DNA of 39,040 nt, taken from the NCBI GenBank assembly GCA_004376785.1, contig SOIY01000229.1:1-39040 (forward strand), given 5' to 3'. Within the stretch, counting starts at the first letter, position 1. Each line of letters starts with the position of its first letter. A program made the translations under genes and the position numbers. Under the pieces are notes generated by a model. That model was not told the DNA's origin, made no database searches, and worked only from the letters and a program-made list of their open reading frames with translations. This DNA comes from Candidatus Stahliibacteriota bacterium (GTDB lineage Bacteria > Hydrothermota > Tepidihabitantia > SM23-42). Shown here piece by piece: positions 32,959-39,040 of this stretch.

Positions 32959-33867
32959 TTATAACCCCCATTCTTCTTTTACAGTTTTATATTTTTTTAT
33001 ATTATCTTTACATAGTTCAAACAAATCTTTTGAGTCTTCACTAAGATGTTGTTCTACGTGCTGCTTTATGATCTCAGTTGCCTTTATAATCCTTCCATTA
33101 TTTATAACATCTTGTAGTATGTACTCTGTTATTGAGTCTAAAATCCCCCTCAATTTACCAGAGCTAACCAAAGTTAATGCATCTTTTGTCAATGAATCCA
33201 TCAACATTACTAGCTCGGGAGATTTCATCCAATAGTTGCTTAATACTCTGTACTCAACGCCATAATCAGTAGGTCTATGACAACCGGCTTTCCCATAAAG
33301 CTCTTTCCGTTTGGTTGCTGCTAAAGAGTCATCCAATACTGTGGAAATTATACCATGGAGTAAATCCATCGCTTTAACAGTATCTATCTTTCCTTTAAAC
33401 TCCATTAAAAATTCTAAGCCCACAATCGGTGTCTTCTTGTCATCAAGACAACCAACGTGGATGTGGGCTCCACAACTTCTGAATGTAGAATCCTCACACC
33501 ATGGCTTTTCGTTTTCTTCCAATAGATATGCACTAAAATCAGGATCACAGCCAAATTCGCAAGCTTCTGGATCGGTCAACTCACTTTCTTCAAAAGTAGC
33601 TGAAGGTTCCACTACTAACTCGTGCCCATCAGGAATTATATCAAGAGTATCTTTTAAACAATCCTTTACCTTATCTACAAAATCTTTACCGCTTTTTGCT
33701 GGTACAGTAGCAAACTCGACAGCTACATTATCTCTCTGTACTGTTCCACCAGATGGAAGCATTGCAGGTTCATGTTTCGATCCTTTTATGAAGGGAATGG
33801 CTGATACGTATTTGCTTCCCTTTTTTAAGAAGAATTCAGGATCTGTTCCAATAGTATGTCTCTTCAT
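32959..33867 (-). CDS. phiEco32-type COOH-NH2 ligase, copy 3 (shortest)
   Basis: IGTDPEFFLKKGSKYVS, DNVAVEFATVPA, CGAHIHVG and GVEYRVLSNYWM, in the same motif order as the other two copies. Confidence 0.75.
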   Translation of the reverse strand: MKRHTIGTDPEFFLKKGSKYVSAIPFIKGSKHEPAMLPSGGTVQRDNVAVEFATVPAKSGKDFVDKVKDCLKDTLDIIPDGHELVVEPSATFEESELTDPEACEFGCDPDFSAYLLEENEKPWCEDSTFRSCGAHIHVGCLDDKKTPIVGLEFLMEFKGKIDTVKAMDLLHGIISTVLDDSLAATKRKELYGKAGCHRPTDYGVEYRVLSNYWMKSPELVMLMDSLTKDALTLVSSGKLRGILDSITEYILQDVINNGRIIKATEIIKQHVEQHLSEDSKDLFELCKDNIKKYKTVKEEWGL

Positions 33868-33873
33868 TTTGTG

Positions 33874-34602
33874 TTATGTTATTCCTCCTAATATCTTTTT
33901 AAATTTGTCCTTAAGTTTTTCATCTGCTATAGTATTTGAACATAGTGCTACTACACCCGAGCGACTATGAAAATTTCCAATTAGTGTATCTCCAAACAGA
34001 ATCTTATCTTTTTGCTTAAACATCAACAGATTCCTGTTTTCCAAGGTAGCATGTATGTATTTATACACACCTTTTAAATATCTGATATCGTTAATGTTGT
34101 TAACTTTCGTATCATTAATCAACTTCTCGTAGGCTTTTGTTAATTCTTTCTCATTTTTAAATTCTATTTTCCTGCATCCTAATCTTATTAACAATGTATA
34201 TAAAGAAATCAATACTGAAGATTGTGTCCATTCTCCCGGCCCAAGAAATATGTACATGTCATCTACTTTAGTTATTTTAGATCTTGGTGTAAGTCCAGCA
34301 ACTTTTTCATAATGATTAACAAGTTGCAATGAATATTTTATTACTTCATCAAGGTTAACACCTTTTATCAACAACCTTGTCTTCTTCAAATCTATTTTTG
34401 GATCTTCTTTAGGAAGATAACAGAAACCATAAATTTTATCTTCTTTTCCAGTCAATTGATTTCTAACGGCATCTTGGAGGAAGTCTCTACATTTAATCCA
34501 AGTATGACACATTTCACTTTTAACTGATAAAAAAGCAAAGTACATACCTGTAGGTTGGTATTCCTCACTTAGAGATTTAGTAGGGTAAAGTTTTACTTTC
34601 AT
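33874..34602 (-). CDS. hypothetical protein, paralog B1
   Basis: YIFLGPGEWTQSSVLISLYTLLIRLG and C-terminal LKDKFKKIL parallel YYFEGSKKWVKSPNILSLFMLLIRVS and LRKKFAKVL in 36858..37673. Confidence 0.6.
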   Translation of the reverse strand: MKVKLYPTKSLSEEYQPTGMYFAFLSVKSEMCHTWIKCRDFLQDAVRNQLTGKEDKIYGFCYLPKEDPKIDLKKTRLLIKGVNLDEVIKYSLQLVNHYEKVAGLTPRSKITKVDDMYIFLGPGEWTQSSVLISLYTLLIRLGCRKIEFKNEKELTKAYEKLINDTKVNNINDIRYLKGVYKYIHATLENRNLLMFKQKDKILFGDTLIGNFHSRSGVVALCSNTIADEKLKDKFKKILGGIT

Positions 34603-35767
34603 AAGTGTAATCTGCTTTCAAATATCTATTAATAGCTTCAAACTCCTTTTCGTATTTCCCTTTGGTAATGTTTATCAATCTGTGAGGAGATAGTTTCTTA
34701 ATCCCCTCTCTAAATGTTTTTATTTGTTTATTTTTATACATAAATAACAAATGGCTCAGTGGATACGGAGGAACTGCTCTTGCAAACTCCGCTGGTTCAT
34801 TCATAAGATGCTGAATCGACGTCCATATTACCGTTAAGTCCTGCCAAACTTTCTCCATTGTTTTATCAAATAAAAGTAGAAAGTCGGCATATTTTGGGAA
34901 CGCTTTTGAAACTACCACTAGATCTACATTATCTTTACATGATAAAAATATTTTAGCTATGTGGATAGGCTCTATACGATCTTCGACCTCACCAGCAGCT
35001 TTAATACTATAATATAAAGAATCTGATAGTTTAATTCTTATTCCATTCTTGCTTAATATAACACCTCTGGTTGGTATTCTATTACAAGACATAAATGTTG
35101 ATAAAGATCTCCTACCAACGATTTCTCTATGTCTTGGTCTATCAAAACCTAGGCACTCTGAAATATCATCTACTACAAACGGGTCAAGTTCTTTACCTGT
35201 TTCTTTATCGATTATTGTCAATAAATATAACTTAAGTGCTGAACTTGGCCATACAGTTTTGTATTCTTTAGAAATAAAGTCAAATACGTAGATATAATTT
35301 TTATTTTCGTTAAATGCTGAGGTCCAGCATTTGTCAGGACTTCTACCAATAGTCTTTTTTACATCAATAGTATAGTCAACATCGTTAATACTATCTTTAG
35401 CAGCTACAGACCAGACACCCATATAGTGAAATATAATAATCATCATACCAGCCGTCATCTCTTCTATGTTACTTCTATATAGCTTGAAACCTTCCGGTAA
35501 ATTTTCAATCCCTCTTGCATTATAATGGTGATCCAGTCCTTTAGATAACAGAGTGTAGCTTTCGTCCAAGATAAGGCCATTTGCTTCTCGCACTAATGGA
35601 TTGTTTATATCAGAATGCTTACCTTTGTTATAAATATATACCTTAGATTTCTTCGAGTAATTATGCAAATAGTCATCTGTAATACTTAGAGATAATTTTT
35701 CTTTAAGGTAGACATTTGCTTCCTCAATAGAATTAAAGCACGATATAAACTCTTGAATTTTAAGCAT
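34577..35767 (-). CDS. T4 Rnl1-like RNA ligase-fold protein; motif I lysine not evident
   Basis: Compared with T4 Rnl1 recalled from memory: EANGLILDE ~ ECRGIMFEM; VFDFIS ~ NFEFVA (motif III); KLYLLTIIDKETGKEL ~ KIILLNVRENETGEYI; TRGVILSKNGIRIKLSDSLY ~ [21 protein letters not shown] (motifs IV/V). At the KEDG position the sequence reads EEMTAG. Confidence 0.5.
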   Translation of the reverse strand: MLKIQEFISCFNSIEEANVYLKEKLSLSITDDYLHNYSKKSKVYIYNKGKHSDINNPLVREANGLILDESYTLLSKGLDHHYNARGIENLPEGFKLYRSNIEEMTAGMMIIIFHYMGVWSVAAKDSINDVDYTIDVKKTIGRSPDKCWTSAFNENKNYIYVFDFISKEYKTVWPSSALKLYLLTIIDKETGKELDPFVVDDISECLGFDRPRHREIVGRRSLSTFMSCNRIPTRGVILSKNGIRIKLSDSLYYSIKAAGEVEDRIEPIHIAKIFLSCKDNVDLVVVSKAFPKYADFLLLFDKTMEKVWQDLTVIWTSIQHLMNEPAEFARAVPPYPLSHLLFMYKNKQIKTFREGIKKLSPHRLINITKGKYEKEFEAINRYLKADYTYESKTLPY

Positions 35768-35837
35768 CTTAATTACCTTATTATTTTACTAAGTAAAATC
35801 ATATAGGTATGATATTTTTTTTCAAAAAGTATCAACC

Positions 35838-36845
35838 TTATCGTAAAGGTGTAGTGTTTTTCAGCAGATTAGTAGGAATTATAACTGGAACCCCTATTTG
35901 CATTTGCTTAGGTATAATATTTGGATTTGCTTCTGATATTTTTCGCCAGTTATTTACATTACCAGTATACCAATTGGCAAGTAGACCAAGGGTCTCCCCC
36001 TTTTTTACGATATGGGTAAACAGTATATTACTTTTTACTTTGGCAGGAATTTTTGCCTCAATTGTCTCGTTATCGACCTTTGTCTCGTTACCAACCTTTA
36101 TTTTAGTATCAGCTATATCTTTCTTATCTTCTTCTTCCTCTTCTGATACTTTTATATCGCTGAATGATTTGAATACGATGAACTTGCCCATTGATTCATA
36201 CACCTGCTTGATATAGGGATGGCTGCCGCCAACATATTTAAATAATGCTTTACGCATATCGTTATCGGTAGCATCAAGATACCTTCTTAAAATTCTAACT
36301 CCACTATCTATACCTATTTCTATATCATGCAAATCATATTTACTTGAAAGCCCAAGCTCTTTCACCCAAATCCTAGGCATTACTTGCATTGCCCCTCTTG
36401 CCCCTTTTGGGCTAATAGCAAACGGATTAAAGTGAGACTCAACTTCTGTAACTGCAATTACTGCTACGAAAGGCACATTATGAATAGTGCTTTTCTCGAT
36501 AATACGAATAGCCATTTCTTCAGCTATAAGCGGAGCGACCGTTTTATAGTATGTCAATATATAGTTCTTTATATTATCTTTTTCTTGCATCTTTTTTGCT
36601 CTTAATCTTCTAACCATTTTTTGAAGTTGTGAACGTTCTTCTGTTAAGAGCTTTATTGACTCTGTTTGTTCCTTAACCACGTTGGATATTTGTTTGATGT
36701 TATTCCTTAAGTCAGCCTTAGTTTTTTCTTTTGACATTGCACCACATATTAAGGCCGTAACGATAACCATTATTACTAACAAACCTAAAATATATTTTCC
36801 ATTATCAGAAAACCATTTACAAAATTTATCAATTACCTTTTTCAT
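35838..36845 (-). CDS. membrane-anchored lytic transglycosylase (SLT domain) with C-terminal LysM
   Basis: N-terminal TM segment ILGLLVIMVIVTALICGAM. SLT motifs VTEVESHFNPFAISPKGARGAMQVMP. Acidic linker. LysM HIVKKGETLGLLANWYTGNVNNWRKISEANP...IGVPVIIP. Confidence 0.85.
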   Translation of the reverse strand: MKKVIDKFCKWFSDNGKYILGLLVIMVIVTALICGAMSKEKTKADLRNNIKQISNVVKEQTESIKLLTEERSQLQKMVRRLRAKKMQEKDNIKNYILTYYKTVAPLIAEEMAIRIIEKSTIHNVPFVAVIAVTEVESHFNPFAISPKGARGAMQVMPRIWVKELGLSSKYDLHDIEIGIDSGVRILRRYLDATDNDMRKALFKYVGGSHPYIKQVYESMGKFIVFKSFSDIKVSEEEEEDKKDIADTKIKVGNETKVDNETIEAKIPAKVKSNILFTHIVKKGETLGLLANWYTGNVNNWRKISEANPNIIPKQMQIGVPVIIPTNLLKNTTPLR

Positions 36846-36857
36846 TTTTTTCTCCTT

Positions 36858-37673
36858 TTATACTTCCCAAGATTTTAATATTTCGTTTTCTTTTAAAACT
36901 TTAGCGAACTTTTTACGTAAATCTAGATCTTTAACGAAAAGATCACATAAAGTATTTATTCCTTCATTAAACAGAGATGACTTGGTATCTGGTAGATACA
37001 GATCTCGCATAGATATTTTACCAAATAGTCTGTCGTAATATTTTAGTGCCAACAACCAACGTTTGTAATGTGTTTTCAAATAACTTACGTACATAGTATT
37101 ATTATTATTACATAAGCTTTTGTGAAACCCATCAAGTGTTCCAAACTCTGTATGTTTTTTCAAAGATGAACTAACTCTAATCAATAACATAAACAAAGAA
37201 AGTATGTTAGGACTTTTTACCCATTTTTTGCTGCCTTCAAAGTAATAAAATATATGATTTTCATTTAATTGTTTACATTCCGGCAAGTAAATCTTTGTTA
37301 ATGGCCATTTGAATTCTTTTTCGATTATATTTATTATTTTGAGACTGACCGCCATTTCTTTATCGTATTCTACTTTACGATGTTCAACAAGGCTTCTTTG
37401 CCTTTTAGTTAACTTACGACTGTCGCTAAATCCAATTAATTTATTGTATGATAGTAATCTAAGTTTTTTTACATCAAACTTTTCTTTATGGGTAAAATTA
37501 TTTCTCAGATGGTCACAAACTATCTCTCTACACGACTCCGGTAAAAGGTTTAGTTTTATTTTATTTTCCTTTATTGGGTCGTATACAAGAGAAAATATAT
37601 TCTTGCTCATATACAGATTGTTTCTTAGACAAGACATTTGCTCTTTGCCTAAAATTAATTGCAAATTATTCAT
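36858..37673 (-). CDS. hypothetical protein, paralog B2
   Basis: 271 aa. Similar to 33874..34602 (see that entry). Confidence 0.6.
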   Translation of the reverse strand: MNNLQLILGKEQMSCLRNNLYMSKNIFSLVYDPIKENKIKLNLLPESCREIVCDHLRNNFTHKEKFDVKKLRLLSYNKLIGFSDSRKLTKRQRSLVEHRKVEYDKEMAVSLKIINIIEKEFKWPLTKIYLPECKQLNENHIFYYFEGSKKWVKSPNILSLFMLLIRVSSSLKKHTEFGTLDGFHKSLCNNNNTMYVSYLKTHYKRWLLALKYYDRLFGKISMRDLYLPDTKSSLFNEGINTLCDLFVKDLDLRKKFAKVLKENEILKSWEV

Positions 37674-38098
37674 TTTAATATTAACATTCCTTTAATCGAT
37701 CTAGTAGTAGAATTAGGAAACAATTTAAATCCATAATGAGGTAGATGATCAGCAGCACATTCTATATCAGTATCAACTATTATCCTCTTTTTTTTGTAGG
37801 TTTTTGCAAATTTTATGAGACCGTCTATTGCCAAATAAAGGTAACCATCAATTACGTTCTTTTGGGTACCCACAAAAGAGGATGGTGTAATATCCGACAC
37901 TAATATTGTACTACCATGTTTCTGTGAATATAGATAACAGTCAAACAAGTGCTCGACTTGGTTACCAATGTACAAATTTATTTTATATGGTATAGAATTT
38001 AATTCTGTTGCTGCTTCCCAACCATTCTTCACAGTTAATACAACTCTACCGTCCTCCTTCATTTTTTCAATGACAGATGGTGCTAATTGTTTAAACAT
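37670..38098 (-). CDS. hypothetical protein (142 aa)
   Basis: ORF with a 4-nt ATGA-type overlap with the downstream gene. No motif recognised. Confidence 0.55.
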   Translation of the reverse strand: MFKQLAPSVIEKMKEDGRVVLTVKNGWEAATELNSIPYKINLYIGNQVEHLFDCYLYSQKHGSTILVSDITPSSFVGTQKNVIDGYLYLAIDGLIKFAKTYKKKRIIVDTDIECAADHLPHYGFKLFPNSTTRSIKGMLILK

Positions 38099-38175
38099 TT
38101 ATAATTTGCCTTTCAATATTTTTTTTCTTTCCAGAAAATATGTTTCAACCATGATACTTTGTTGAACAAAGCCTC

Positions 38176-38204
38176 ATTATAGATTTTTTGTTAAAAAGAT
38201 CCAA
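38176..38204 (-). promoter_or_regulatory. sigma70-like promoter candidate
   Basis: On the minus strand: TTGGAT (38199-38204), 17 nt spacer, TATAAT (38176-38181), within the 114-nt gap upstream of 37670..38098. A CTTTGTT/AACAAAG hairpin follows. Confidence 0.3.
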
Positions 38205-38212
38205 TATGATGA

Positions 38213-38542
38213 TTATTTAAAGGCTTTAAACTCGTCCTCAATAAATTTGAAGACTTGGATAATGGCAGGAACTTCAATATAAAGAGCCACAATTCTTTTT
38301 AACCATTCATCGAGAGTATCGCATGCAAAAGATAATTCATTATTTAACTTATCCACGAGTACGGTTTCATCATTAGTATATTCTATGTTGAGGATTTTTT
38401 CTATTTCGGGTAATATTTTTTTCATTGTGTTTCTGAAATCAATCCTCTTCTGATGCTCTTTTGCCTTTTTTGCTGCATTTTTACCACTATGAAGAGTACC
38501 ATCAGTGGTTCTATACGAAAATTCTCTTTTTATTTTATTCAT
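38213..38542 (-). CDS. hypothetical protein (109 aa)
   Basis: ORF in the gene train. No motif recognised. Confidence 0.55.
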   Translation of the reverse strand: MNKIKREFSYRTTDGTLHSGKNAAKKAKEHQKRIDFRNTMKKILPEIEKILNIEYTNDETVLVDKLNNELSFACDTLDEWLKRIVALYIEVPAIIQVFKFIEDEFKAFK

Positions 38543-38558
38543 GATTTTATAACCCTTT

Positions 38559-39002
38559 TTAAAATAATGAAACTTCGATATTAAACTGATTGATGCTGTT
38601 GATAAGTTTACCTTTGTTTAATATATATAACACATTAAACCCGTAATTTTCTATTAATGCAGTATCAATAAATATAGCTAATTCATCGAGCATTTTCTTT
38701 TTAGTTCCAAAACAATTTAGATCTATTCCATCCCCATGTAATCCCTCTGTTATTATGCACCAGTTCTGTTTCATAGCTTTCGTCAACATCGCCAGCCCAT
38801 CCGAGGCATGACCATAAGGCTCAAATAATACTTCAAGAACCCGATAATCTATTCCGTTAAATGTTTGTGATAAAGCAGAAACTCTGCCTTTGTCTTCCTT
38901 TATCTTAACACTTGTAAGACAGACGTCGTGGTAAGGTTTTCCTTTAGAGATGCTACCACCGTCTTTAATAATCTTATTACAGTAAGCACACATTACTTTC
39001 AT
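38559..39002 (-). CDS. hypothetical protein with N-terminal CxxC...HxxC zinc-finger-like motif
   Basis: MKVMCAYCNKIIKDGGSISKGKPYHDVCL (C-x2-C-x17-H-x2-C). AAGGAGCC SD upstream. Confidence 0.55.
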   Translation of the reverse strand: MKVMCAYCNKIIKDGGSISKGKPYHDVCLTSVKIKEDKGRVSALSQTFNGIDYRVLEVLFEPYGHASDGLAMLTKAMKQNWCIITEGLHGDGIDLNCFGTKKKMLDELAIFIDTALIENYGFNVLYILNKGKLINSINQFNIEVSLF

Positions 39003-39040
39003 GGGTATGGCTCCTTTTTTACTTACAATTCTCTTTTTTT

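Noticed and set aside
35780-35796. 17-bp palindrome ATTTTACT-A-AGTAAAAT after the transglycosylase gene, as a terminator or operator.
   Set aside because: It is an all-A/T stem with a 1-3 nt loop and no following U-run, so it would be a poor intrinsic terminator. A single occurrence gives no support for an operator.
35797-35815. TCATACCTAT 10-mer (minus strand) matching the TCATACCTA motif of the two non-coding islands, as a possible phage promoter element.
   Set aside because: The 8-mer core also occurs inside coding sequence (about 10498-10505), the orientation differs between sites, and the motif is short and AT-rich. It is not distinguishable from chance without genome-wide statistics.
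122-38165. All plus-strand ORFs in the six-frame track (e.g. 122..352, 7778..8182, 11045..11494, 25332..25790, 30059..30436, 33311..33970, 35809..36216, 37309..37695).
   Set aside because: Each lies antisense to, and wholly within, a longer minus-strand ORF with recognisable domains or clear operon context. Their products are low-complexity (S/L/F/I-rich), as expected for the antisense of AT-rich coding DNA, and no SD sites were seen.

Overview
AT-rich (about 30% G+C in sampled coding stretches, judged by eye) and densely packed. Every credible gene is on the minus strand, often with overlapping stop/start codons and AGGAGG-type Shine-Dalgarno sites. I read this as the nucleic-acid-metabolism / host-takeover arm of a large tailed phage or prophage of a low-GC host. 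No capsid, tail or terminase genes are recognisable. Recognisable genes: a sigma-70-family factor, RuvB, an SF2 helicase, an SSB-like OB-fold protein, a ParB-like nuclease-domain protein, a CCA-adding/HD-domain enzyme, a T4 Rnl1-like protein and an SLT+LysM lytic transglycosylase. Three things stand out. (1) There is a heavily expanded amide-bond toolkit: 3 phiEco32-type COOH-NH2 ligases, 1 Amidoligase_2, 2 RimK-like ATP-grasp ligases (3 counting 1569-2345... total ATP-grasp = 2), 2 Ntn class-II amidotransferases, 2 C26 class-I gamma-glutamyl hydrolase-like proteins, a gamma-glutamylcyclotransferase, a GNAT and a pol-beta-type nucleotidyltransferase. The core is at 10592-19830, with a second module at 28975-33867 and the second ATP-grasp outlier at 1569-2345. 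(2) A single 1123-aa polypeptide carries RNAP beta motifs (HGNKG, FGQILE) followed by beta-prime motifs (DFDGD, bridge-helix-like), i.e. a fused minimal multisubunit-type RNA polymerase. (3) Two gene-free, visibly GC-enriched, stem-rich regions (1185-1568 and 4705-6040) are candidate structured RNA loci; the larger one abuts the CCA-adding enzyme gene. All functional calls rest on motif recognition from memory. No searches were run.
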